Positions 25,101 through 36,429 of a stretch of 64,000 bases of DNA are shown here, in pieces; within the stretch, counting starts at the first letter, position 1; each line of letters opens with the position of its first letter. Made by a program: the position numbers and the translations under genes. The notes below the pieces were generated by a model. That model was not told where the DNA came from, ran no database searches, and was given only the letters and a program-made list of their open reading frames with translations. This stretch comes from Takakia lepidozioides (Eukaryota; Plantae; Bryophyta), in the NCBI GenBank assembly GCA_030704615.1, contig CM060731.1:75082001-75146000 (forward strand). The letters are read 5' to 3'.

Positions 25101-26159
25101 ATGGTCCATGGTGACATCATCAAAGCAGGAATTGTGCCAGATGTCATTCTGAACAATACTCTGGTGGACATGTATGCCAAAGGCGGGAGCATCAAGGATG
25201 CCAAGGGAGTGTTTGATGTTATGGGCGAACGAGATGTGGTGTCGTGGAGCGTGATGATTGCAGGATATGGCCAGCATGGTTTTCATAGGGAGGCTCTGCA
25301 ACTATTTGAAGGAATGCAAAAGAAAGGCTTTAAGCCAGGTAGTATCACCTTCATATGTGTCCTCTCTGCATGCAGCCATCTCGGCCTACTGGATGAAGGA
25401 AGACGCTACTTTGATTCCCTGAGTCAAGATCATGGTGTCACTCCGACAGTTAAGCACTTTGGCTGCATGGTGGACCTTCTTGGACGGGCGGGGCGATTGG
25501 ATGAGGCCGAGGACCTCATCAATAAAATGCCAATCAAACCAGATGCTGTTGTGTGGAAGGCCTTGCTTGGTGCCTGCAGAATCCATGGCAATGTGGAGAT
25601 GGCTGAACGTGCGGCAACATCTATTCTCAAGTGGGATGAACAGGATGCTGCGACCTATGTGTTGCTATCAAACATCTATGCCGCAGCTGGCAGGTGGGAG
25701 GATACTGCACGGGTGAGAAAAATGATGAAGGTGAGAGGGGTTAGAAAGGAGCCAGGTCGCTGCTGCATTGAGGTTGGCAACAGGGTGCACACCTTTGTTG
25801 TAGATGACAAATTGCATCCGAAAATTGAGGAAATCCATGCTGAGCTGAGACGATTGTCTGGGCAGATGAAGGAGGCTGGGTATGTGCCTGATACGCGCTT
25901 TGCATTGCATTATGTGGGGGAGAAGCAAAAGGAATTTTCTCTTTGCCACCACAGTGAGAAGCTGGCCATAGGTTTTGGGCTGATCAGCACGGCCCCTGGG
26001 ACATGTCTGCGTCTGATCAAGAATCTTCGGGTATGTGGTGACTGCCACACTGCCACCAAGTTCATCTCAAAGATTGTTATGCGAGCAATTGTGGTACGGG
26101 ACGCTAATCGCTTTCACCACTTTGAAGATGGGGTTTGTTCTTGTGGGGATTACTGGTGA
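22155..26159 (+). CDS. PPR-DYW gene E, intact model: transit peptide + 2 OSB-type PDF motifs + PLS PPR (four triplets) + E1/E2 + DYW. Exons 22155-22380, 22560-22636, 22899-23031, 23184-23278, 23538-26159 (1050 aa)
   Basis: All four introns are GT..AG with compatible phases (1,0,1,0). Exon lengths sum to 3153 nt = 1051 codons with no internal stop. The N-terminus MATSSGVLL...RNPLHVVAMAP is Ser/Ala-rich and transit-peptide-like. HSEKLA, CGDC and DYW* are intact. Confidence 0.85.
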
Positions 26160-27056
26160 AATGATTTTTTCCCTGGAAAGGTGGAAGTGTCTTGCTTCAT
26201 TTATGATCTGCATAGCTACTTGGTTCATCGACCATTGATCCCTGAGAATATTGGCTACGATGTACTGTTGAGGTATTTCCTCTTGTATATCTCAACCTTC
26301 GAAGAGCCCATAGTGGGGTCTATGCAGCACAGGTGGAAAGTTAGCCCATAATTGATGGACTATGAGTGAAAGGGGGACTTCGACCGACTCAGGTGATAGT
26401 GGAAGGAAATCAAAGTGCTGTTCTGATTGTGGTGTGGATGGTGGGGGCTTCTTCGAAGATTGAAGATGAAAGTGAATACAATTTGGAATGAGCTTGATTA
26501 GAGGGGCGGCCTTTTGCACAAGTTTGTTCAGCATCCGAAATTTGGACGTGTTTGTATGTTTCTCATGGTGCCGCTTCATATAGAGCCCTTGACTAACTTG
26601 CGTGAATATTGTCAAAAGCTAGCCTTAACCCACCAAGATCTAATCCGTGGCGGCTGCAAGGAAGTTCCCACAGTGATTGTAGTTGTATTTGGGTATTCTT
26701 TTATTGATTGATGTTGCATGAATTGGATTTGCATGACTCCTCATATATCAGTTTGTTCATGTTGGAATTCAAGGTCGGGGACTTTCACCCACAGTTGCCT
26801 ACAGTTTGGGACCGAATTTGGGAGGATGTATGAAACAATTGTAGAGTGTTGAACAAATTGTCTATAGTTCCATGCAGGGATCAGGGATACTGCCAGCATC
26901 CGTGGAAGTAGGTGCTGATTGCTGGAAGACCAGTGTCCTCAATAGCTGGTTGAGCTGCTGATCTCAAACAAGCCAAAAGCTTTGCTAAACACCCACTTTT
27001 AAGAAGTGTGAACCCCTGTTTTCCTTTTTTCAGGAAGGAAAACAAGAGAGACAACA

Positions 27057-27240
27057 GGGCTATGGCCTGGTGGTAAGCCACTCATTATTGACCTGTGGGT
27101 CTGGGGTTCAAACCCTGGTCATCTTTCTCTCTGCCTTGGGGCTGGCGCTCTGCCCCTGTAATGCCTCCATGGCTCACAAAGGAGGTTTATTTCCCCCCTC
27201 ATGGCTCAGTTGCTGGGGCTGAAAAAAGAGAAGAAAAGAA
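27057..27240 (+). mobile_element. Candidate tRNA-derived SINE
   Basis: A-box-like tggcctggtgg (27063-27073), B-box-like ggttcaaacc (27105-27114) at tRNA-like spacing, and an A/G-rich tail at 27221-27240. No clear TSD. Confidence 0.5.
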
Positions 27241-27429
27241 ATCCTGACTGGATTTATGGGGATTATGAATGTGTTGATTGTACAGGTACTAAGCTCTGCA
27301 TTCAGAGCTCAGCTGGAGAAACTTCATAGGAAGAAAGTACCAAACAAAACCCACCCAAAAAGCAAGCTTTTCCTTACTAGTGATGCTAGCAAATCCAACT
27401 TTGACCGGGTAAATAACAGATTCAATGCA

Positions 27430-27464
27430 GTTTCAAGTTTCAAGTTTCAAGTTTCAAGTTTCAA
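27430..27464. repeat. (GTTTCAA)5 tandem repeat
   Basis: gtttcaagtttcaagtttcaagtttcaagtttcaa. Confidence 0.85.
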
Positions 27465-27598
27465 CCCAGTGTCGCTTAGGGACAACAATGGCACATGACG
27501 CTATATAAAGAAGGAGACAAGAAAGAGGCGGGTACTGTAACTATATCATACAATACAGAAAACTGTCATGCAGATCGTCTCCTGTCTTGGTGACATTA

Positions 27599-28250
27599 GA
27601 GTTATCCGTAAAGGGTCCCAAACTCGGCATGAGAACGCCGAGTTTGGCCAAAACTCGGCATGAAACTCAAAACACGGGATCAGGCGGTACGACTAGAAAA
27701 AAACACGGGACCAAACTGCCAGGACCATGAAAATGGGGGTGAAAGGAGTTTGGTGCCGGGTTTTGTTTGTCGTCGAGCCCAAGAGAGTCAGAGCTCACGA
27801 GCTTGCGCCATAGCAAGCTTCTGGAGGAAGGTCGCGCATCGTTGGAGCACGTTTTTGTCCATTTGGGTGTGCTCGTTTGCAGATTGGAGTGCGCGCGGTG
27901 GGGAATCGTGGCCAGCAGCTGGTGTTTTCTTTCTTTTCAGACTCGTGCATTCTGGTCCTCAGGTGGGCTTTGGTGACTTCTTCTCTCAGCTGCAGGTTGT
28001 TTCGTTTACAGGGTTTGGGGGCAACTTTGTGTTAACCTATGGCGGACTGCGAGGATGAATTGGACTACACTAACACTCAATCGTCAGAGGAAGCAGCCGT
28101 TGCCCTCATCCCAAGTTTACGATTTGGTGCCCAATTTTCTGACTTCGTGCCCAGTTTTCTGCACTTTACGGATTAACTCAAACTCAGGATGAAACCCGTA
28201 ACTCGGGTCCAAACAGGGCACCAAACTCGGGATTACTTTACGGATAACTC
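27599..28250. mobile_element. MITE / non-autonomous DNA transposon, 652 bp, 15-bp TIRs, TA target duplication
   Basis: ta|GAGTTATCCGTAAAG ... CTTTACGGATAACTC|ta are perfect inverted termini. Subterminal aaactcgg motifs recur at both ends, including the hairpin ccaaactcggc/gccgagtttgg. Confidence 0.8.
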
Positions 28251-28603
28251 TATTGAGCCTGAGTTTGTAAATCCCAACTCAGGCGTTGATAGGCAATGCT
28301 TCATGAATGTGCTTCTGTCAAATCCAGAGTGATCCCTTCCGAAGGAAACTCCAGTTCCCTTACCAATGTCGAAATCACATGCGGGAAGATCATGAAGAAG
28401 TTTTGACTCATCATCATCACGCGCAAGCTTACATTCATAAATTTCAAATTTGAGGAAACCTTCCACCCTCAATCGGCTTTACAGGAGTGGGTATGAACGT
28501 TTGCCCAATTTGTACCCAAGAGCTCCGTCCGAAAGTTTGTTTGGGTGGAGCTTGGCCGCTGGCTCTCTACTTCATGGACTGTCGAGCTGCCTCTTTCTCA
28601 GGG

Positions 28604-30069
28604 ATGGCAGTGGCTTCCGGGGTTCTCATCACCCCGCATTGCGGACTGCGTGCACCAGGCCCTGTCCACTCGCTTCAGTCTCGCGTCATGCAGCGGACTG
28701 TGGGGTTGGGCTGCGGAGCTGAAAGTGGCATCCCCCTTGGCAATGCGCACAGGACGGAATCCCTTGCATGTAGTTGCAATGGCGCCTCGGCAACCTTCAG
28801 GATTGCCATTCACATTAGGTGATAACACGAAACAGTTTGTTGTTTTCCTTCTTGGATTCGCTGGGCTGTATGCAACGTAGGATTTTGGCTTTTTGAGCAA
28901 TTCAGCACAAACAAATGTACTCCAGGCAAAGATAATTGGTATATGTTGCACGTAGGTCAACTCCGGATCATGGAACCTGAGCGGTAGCAGGAGTTCTGTG
29001 CAAACTCTTCACAATGGTGGGACTGCAGCCTTGACAAGGTGAGGTTTCTTCATGTGGGATGTGAGAGAGTTTGGTGGTATGATCAGATTGTGGGGACTGG
29101 ATTTTACCCGTGGTTGTCGAGTGAAGTTGGAATCTCGCTTCGCTCTGCAAACCTGCTTTTACTGTCAATATCATAGGTTGTTGTTCCTAAGCAGGGGATG
29201 AAAGTAGAATGCACAACGTCTTTCCCTAGATTTTGCAAGGTACATGGGAGGGTTGATGCTCAGCGGCTCCCTGGTCGTTTCCATAGAAATCTCCAGACTA
29301 TAGACATAAACAGCGCACACAAGAGGGCTTGTCGATGGAGGGTTGGTTGCGTCCTCCTTGGGTGAAAGAAAAACTAACTGCCATGCCACAAGATCGAGAA
29401 CAGTCTTGTGATGGTGGAAAGAATCAGAGTGTGGTTTTGATTCTAGTGTCGATGATGGAACTCCTTCTAAGCTTGCAGGTGAAAATGAGTACGGCTCTCT
29501 GATTAGAGTAGCAGCCTTGTCATGCACAAGCTTGTTTGGCATCTGTGTAAGTTTGAACGTGTTGGTATGTTCCTCATTGTGCAGAGTCCAATGGAGCCCA
29601 CAGTGACTTGCATGATGTTGTTGAAAGCTCCACAAGCACACCTCCATAAAGGAACCCACCAAAGTGTTGATGCTGTCGGAATTTGGGGCACGAAGGGCTA
29701 ATGTGGAACTTGGAGCAGTGCTGGCATGAGGTTTTTAAAGATCCTTCACAATGGTCGGACAACCACTATGGCAAGGTTTGGCTTTCTTCAATATACAACA
29801 TGTCCTTTCTGCAAAGTGGGCTCTTCCTATCAGTATTTGTTCCTTTCCCTAGTGTTTACAAGGTACTTGGGAGGGTCAGCTTGGTCTTAGGAGGCTGTGT
29901 TTAAATCCTTCCAGCTGCACGCTTGTGGTTCTCACAGACCAATCCGAAATCACCCTACCATAGACACAAGCAACCCAAACAAGAGGTCCTTTGGGTTGAT
30001 GGTTGGTTAAATTCTCCGTGGGTGAAGAAAGAGCTACGAGCTTTCATGACACAAGGTCAAGGCATTGTG
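28604..30069 (+). pseudogene. Decayed 5' exons E1-E5 of gene F (28604-28818, 28956-29038, 29287-29478, 29696-29775, 29938-30069)
   Basis: Homologous to the gene B and E exons. E1 is frameshifted, E2 has TAG at 28985, E3 and E5 each lose 1 nt, and E4 (WNLEQCWHEVFKDPSQWSDNHYGK) is open. Confidence 0.75.
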
Positions 30070-30222
30070 GTGAGGGTGCCTTCTTTCACACATGTTGGCC
30101 TGTTTTGTCCTCTTATCAGAATCGTCCCTATTTTTTCATGTTGAGTTCTGCAAGTTAGCTCGTCGAATAGACCTATGGTGGTTAGGAGTGATTTTGACAT
30201 GTTACTGCCAATGTGGCAACAG

Positions 30223-33200
30223 GCAATTACCCAAAAACAGAAAATAAAGACATGGAGAAGCTTTGGATGGAATATTTTCTGGACCCCATTCAATGGTGGG
30301 ACAATGGAGGCAAAAAGGTGAATGCCTGTTAAATTACAGAGAGAAGCAAACAAAGAGATGCATTGCATAGCTTTCTTGAAAATTGTGACCTCCCCAGCAC
30401 ATTTTGAAAGTCTTGGAAATTCAGCATAGGAACTAGAGTGATAAGTAGGGTTGGGGTGTTTACTTGGAAAATTCAGGTCTTCATTGTTAGCTGCTAGCAG
30501 CAAGGGGAGGGTCTATTCATTGTTGGTGCTGAGGCAGGGATAGCTGAAGGAGCAGGATGGAGTGTGGGTACAGATTCATCGGAGAGGGCCAGATTTCAAG
30601 CACAAGATTACTTTTGAATCCTTGTGGATTGATAGCTATAAGAAACCTGCAAGGGTAGATGGTCAACTGAAAGCAGCAGGGGCGGGGCAGTTGATAAATT
30701 CGGGCACCTCCACCATCACCACAGCTGCCAAAAGAGGACCAAGATCTGGCACTTCTGCGCGTGTGAGGATGCTATGTGAGGCAGGGCAACTGAAAGAGGC
30801 TCTACAGATTTTAAACCAAGGAGGCATTTCAGCAGATTCAGATACTTATGTCTGTCTCTTGCATACGTGCATCAAGATGAAAAGCGTGGAAGCTGGAAAG
30901 CAGGTGCATGCTCATGTTATCCAGAGGAGATTCAAGCCAAATGTTTTTCTACACAACACCCTTGTCAACATGTATGTTAAGTGCGGGAGCATTGTGGATG
31001 CACACCAAGTGTTCAACAAAATGCCTGAACGCAGTTTGATCACGTGGAATATTATGATGGCAGGATTTAACAAGCATGGGTGTGGTAAGAATGTTTTGGA
31101 GACATATGAGCAAATGGTAGGGGAAGGTGTGAAGCCCAACCACATCACGTTTGTTTGCATTTGCAATGCATGTGCGAGCCTGGAAGCTCTGGAAAAGGGA
31201 AAAGAAGTCCATTGTGACATCATCAAAGCGGGAATTGTACCAGATGTCATTCTCAACAATACCTTGGTGGACATGTATGCGAAATGTGGCAGCATCGAGG
31301 ATGCAAAGCGAGTTTTCGACAATATGGCTGAACGAACTGTGGTGTCCTGGAGTGCAATGATTGCAGGATATACCCAGCATGGGTGCGGGATGGACGCTTT
31401 GGAGTCCTATGAGCAAATGATGCGGGAAGGGGTGAAGCCCAACCGGGTCACGTTCATTTGTGTTTGCAATGCGTGTGCAAGCCTGGCAGCCCTGGAAAAG
31501 GGCAAAGAGGTCCATTGTGACATCATCAAAGCGGGAATTGTACCAGATGTCATTCTGAATAATGCCCTCGTGGACATGTATGCCAAATGCGGCAGTATTG
31601 AGCATGCAAAGGGAGTGTTCAACAATATGGCTGAACAAACTGTGGTGTCCTGGAGTGCGATGATTGCAGGCTATGCCAAGCATGGGTGCGGCATGGAGGC
31701 TTTGGAGACGTATCAGAAAATGATGCAGCAAGGAGTGAAGCCCAACCGGGTCACGTTCATTTGTGTGTGCAATGCATGCGCGAGCCTGGCAGCCCTGGAT
31801 AAGGGCAAAGAGATCCATGATGACATCATCAAAGCGGCAATTGTACCAGATGTCATTCTCAACAATACCCTGGTGAACATGTATGCCAAATGCGGGAGCA
31901 TCGATGATGCAAAGGGAGTGTTTGATGATATGGCTGGACGAGATGTGGTGTCCTGGAACGCGATGGTTGCAGGATATGCCCAGCATGGGTGCGGGATGGA
32001 GGCTTTGAAGACGTATGGGCAAATGATGCGGGAAGGGGTGAAGCCCAACCAGGTCACGTTCGTTTGCGTTTGCAATGCGTGCGCGAGCCTGGCAGCTCTG
32101 GAAGAGGGCAAAGAGGTCCATGGTGACATCATCAAATCAGGAATTGTACCAGATGTCATTCTGAGTACTGCCCTGGTGGACATGTATGCCAAATGTGGCA
32201 GCATCGAGGATGCAAAGGGAGTGTTTGACAATATGGCTGAACAAAATGTGGTGTCCTGGAGTGCGATGATCACAGGCTATGCCCAGCATGGGTGCGGGAT
32301 GGAGGCTTTGGAGACCTATGAGCAAATGGTAAGGGAAGGGGTGAAGCCGGATCGGGTCACATTCATTTGCATTTGCAATGCATGCGCGAGCCTGGCAGCC
32401 CTGGAAAAGGGCAAAGGTATCCATCGTGACATCATCAAAGCAGGAATCATACCAGATGTTATTCTGAACAATGCCCTGGTGGACATGTATTCCAAATGCG
32501 GGAGCATCAAGGATGCAAAGGGAGTGTTTGATGACATGGCCGGACGAGATGTGGTGTCCTGGAGCGCGATGATTGCAGGATATGGCCAGCATGGTTGTCA
32601 TAGGGAGGCCCTGCAACTATTTGAAGGAATGCAAAAGCAGGGCTTGAAGCCGGACAGTATCACCTTTACATGTGTTCTCTCTGCATGCAGCCACGTTGGC
32701 CTACTGGATGAAGGAAGACGCTACTTTGATTCCCTGAGTCAAGATCATGGTGTCACTCCGACAGTTAAGCACTTTGGCTGCATGGTGGACCTTCTTGGAC
32801 GTGCAGGGCGATTGGATGAGGCCGAGGACCTCATTAATAAAATGCCAATCAAACCAGATGCTGTTGTGTGGAAGGCCTTGCTTGGTGCCTGCAGAATCCA
32901 TGGCAATGTGGAGATGGCTGAACGTGCGGCAACATCTGTTCTCAGGTGGGATGAACAGGATGCTGCAACCTATGTGTTGCTATCAAACATCTATGCCGCA
33001 GCTGGCAGGTGGGAGGATACTGCACAGGTGAGAAAAATGATGAAGGTGAGAGGGGTTAGAAAGGAGCCAGGTCGCTGCTGCATTGAGGTTGGCAACAGGG
33101 TGCACACCTTTGTTGTAGATGACAAATTGCATCCGAAAATTGAGGAAATCCATGCTGAGCTGAGACGATTGTCTGGGCAGATGAAGGAGGCTGGGTATGT

Positions 33201-33474
33201 GCCTGACACACGCTTTGTATTGCATGATGTGGGGGAGGAGCAAAAACAATTTTCTCTTTGCCACCACAGTGAGAAGCTGGCCATAGGTTTTGGGCTGATC
33301 AGCACGGCCCCTGGGACACGCCTGCGTCTGATCAAGAATCTTCGGGTGTGTGGTGACTGCCACACCGCCACCAAGTTCATCGCAAAGATTGTTGGCCGAG
33401 CAATTGTGGTACGGGACGCTAACCGCTTTCACCACTTTGAAGATGGGGTTTGTTCTTGTGGGGATTACTGGTGA
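30223..33474 (+). CDS. PPR-DYW gene F: PDF motif + PLS PPR (five triplets) + E1/E2 + DYW; exons 30223-30317 and 30574-33474, start uncertain
   Basis: MEKLWMEYFLDPIQWWDNGGKK|gt...cag|IHRRGPDFKHKITFESLWIDSYKKP, then an open 970-aa frame with HSEKLA, CGDC and DYW*. Confidence 0.9.
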
Positions 33475-34656
33475 AACGATTATTTCCCTGAAAGGTGGAA
33501 GTGTCTTGATTCATTCATGATCTGCATAGCTACTTCGTCCATCCACCATCGATGCTGAGAATATTGGCTATGATGTACTATTGAGGCATTTCTTCTTGCC
33601 TATCAACCTTCCAAGAGCCCATAGTGGGATCTACCCAGCATAGGTGGAAAGTCAGCCCATTATTGCTAACTAGTGAAGGGGGAGGGATTTTGACTGATTC
33701 TGGTGATCGTGGAAGAAATCAGAGTGCTGTTCTGATTATGGTGTGGATGGTGGGGCTTCTGCGAAGCTTGAAGATGAAAGTAAATACAATTCAGAATGAG
33801 CTCGATTAGAGGTCCAGCCGTGTGCCCAAGTTTGCTCAGCCTCTGAATTTTGGACATGTTTGTATGTTGCTCATGGTGATCTAATCCGATGGTGGTCGCA
33901 AGGAAGTTCAGATAGTGATTGTAGTTGTATTTCGGTATTCGATGCTGCTTGAGTTGGTTTTGCATGACTCCCTCACACTGTACCATCACATGTTGGAGTT
34001 CAAGGTTGGGGACTCTTCCATTCATTCCACCACTCTGGAACATAATTGCCTTCGGTCTGAGACCGAATTTTGGAGCGTGTATGAAACAATTGTAGAGTAT
34101 TGAAGACATTGTTTAGAGGTCTATGCAGGTATCAGCAATACTGCTAGTGTCTGTGGAAGTAGGTGCTGATTTCTGGCATGACTCCCATCGTTCTCAATAG
34201 CAGCTTTGAGCTGATCTCAAACAGCCCAATAGCTCTCCTAAATACCCACTTTAGCTACATTGAGATCCAGTGGTTCTTCAGTACAGGAGGGCTCATCAAA
34301 ATCATCGAAATATCGAGAATCTCGTTTGCACTCATCACGAAAGAAAATATCCCTAACAGCTTAAATGTTGGTCTCTGTTGGCATTAGCATTGTATGCAAG
34401 TTCATTCCTTTCCGCAAAAACATAGCCGATGCATAAAACTTAGTGGATTTGAGTATTGATAACAAGCAGCCCGTAAATGTACCTGTCAATTGTTTGCCAG
34501 AGTGTTGGTGAAGGTGATAGATAAACGTCATCTCAAAAATATTGGAGGGTGTTAAACTCACCCGGTTCTTCAGCTCTGCACTACCATATAACACATACTT
34601 ATTTCCCTTCTTCCATATCATTTGTTGTGACGATGTGCCCAAAATACTTGAAATGT

Positions 34657-34983
34657 TGTCAAGTTATTTTACCACTAGTGTGAAACTAGCTAGGAAATAG
34701 CTAGCTTTTACATATTGACATTTGGGATTGGCCCAAGTGTCAATCCAGGGGTCAAGACAGTTTTAGGCCCTGGAGTGGTTATCTTCACGGCAAGCGCGGA
34801 AGGCTCATCTTTCTCGAGTTGAGCCTCACCGCGCCTAGCTATGGCGCCGTAGTGTGTATTCCCCATGGCGTGGGGTGCACTTGGCTTGACTTGTATTTGA
34901 GTGATGAGGTTATATATGCATGAGTTTATGCTTCAGCTTTGTGAGCTCGCATAAGCTTGTGCTTGTATTCTTCTTCTTTATCA
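34657..34983 (+). repeat. Terminal repeat A1 of the outer element
   Basis: Matches 51877-52204 with about six substitutions and one indel, counted by eye. Confidence 0.9.
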
Positions 34984-36429
34984 CTCGATAAAGATGAGCT
35001 CCTATATGTGAGTGTCAGATACGAGTTAGTTGTAGCACTTGTGGTTTTTGCTTGAGAATGAGAGAAACCAGGTTGTTATGCAAGGAGCACCGTGGAGCTC
35101 TTGGTTGTTAGAAGCGGAGGCGATGTGGGTTACGAGGTGATAGACCTTGACATTCGATCTTCAGCTTCAGAGATGAAAGCACCATGCTGCATGTAATTCC
35201 AGAGCGCCTTGATGGTTTCAGATTGTGTACATGCATGAGCAAGCACGATGGGGAAGAGGACCAGTCAAGAGCAGGTTATAGTGGCTTTGGTGGCAAAGCT
35301 GAGAACTGGACTAGGGAATGCAAGCTTTCATTGTGTAAAGGATTGCGAAAGGGCTGATTTGGCTTGGGGCAAATCAGTGCACTTTGTGGAGTATGTTGAG
35401 ATTGGGTTTCAATCTCGAGCTTCAGCATTGAGAGGGCTCTTGTCATGGCAAGAGCAGGGCTGGAACAGGAGCTAAGAGGTGCGGCAAGGCCATGGAATGT
35501 GCACCTAGGGTTTCAGAGCTTGGAAGAAGAGCTCTTGCACCACAAGAGGAGTGTCTTGTGGTTGGAAATGTAAGCCTTAGGGTTTCAAGAGCTTGGCAAA
35601 GGCTGTGGAGTGCTTAGTCTTGTCTTAGAGAGCATCAAGGAGCCAAGGAGCCAAGATAGGGCGCTGATACCTCTTGTGTGAAGAGGTTGCATGTGTGGAG
35701 CATGTATTCAGCTCATTGAAGCTTCCATCTTCAAGCATGGAGGGCAAGTAAGGAAGAAGGAAGGGCTGACTTCCCTTATGTGAGGGCAATGCATGTGTGG
35801 AGCATGCTTTCAGCCTGTTGAAGACTTGTACTTTTAGGTTTGGGAGTGCAAGAAATGAAGCAAATGAGCTGATTCTCTTATGGTGAGAGTGGGGCATGTG
35901 TGGAGCATGCCTTCAGCCCATTGAGGCTCTTGTTTTCAAGCTTTAGAGAGCTAGAACGGAAGGTCTAGGGCTGGTTTCCACTTGGAGTGAAATAAATGCA
36001 CTTGTAGGACCTATGTGAATTGGGGTTTCAACTTCAAGCTTGAAGGGAGCACAACTCTTGAAGCAGCAGGTGCAGGGGCTGGATTAGGTGCGAAGGGCAT
36101 GTTGTGGTCAAGAAAAGCACGTGAATGAGTGCCTACAAGGGCTGGAAGTCAGCCATGTTTGGTTAGTCGTCATAGGGATCAATGACGTTGTTTTGTGATT
36201 TAAAAGGAAGCTTGTGCACTTAGTTTCGGCTGCAAACATCTTCCTTTGGAATTAGAGCTACTATTGGTGGTGTGTGGGGGGCCATAAAGAGCAAGAATAC
36301 ATTGTTGATTTCCTCACAGCCGCCATAGCTCGGTGTAAAGAAGCCTAGAGTCCAAGAGACACAAACCCTAGCTTGGCGTGGCTAAACCCCTTGGAGAAAT
36401 GGCTAAACTGCCATGAGTGGCCATAGATG

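Noticed and set aside
806-32616. Long antisense ORFs over the PPR exons (e.g. 806-2005, 8986-10755, 23937-25301, 30949-32121)
   Set aside because: These are shadows of a 303-nt repeat that happens to lack stops in those frames. They begin and end with the arrays and show no protein motifs.
935-32640. CRISPR-like or satellite interpretation of the regular repeats
   Set aside because: The repeats are in-frame PPR coding motifs without unique spacers, in a eukaryotic context.
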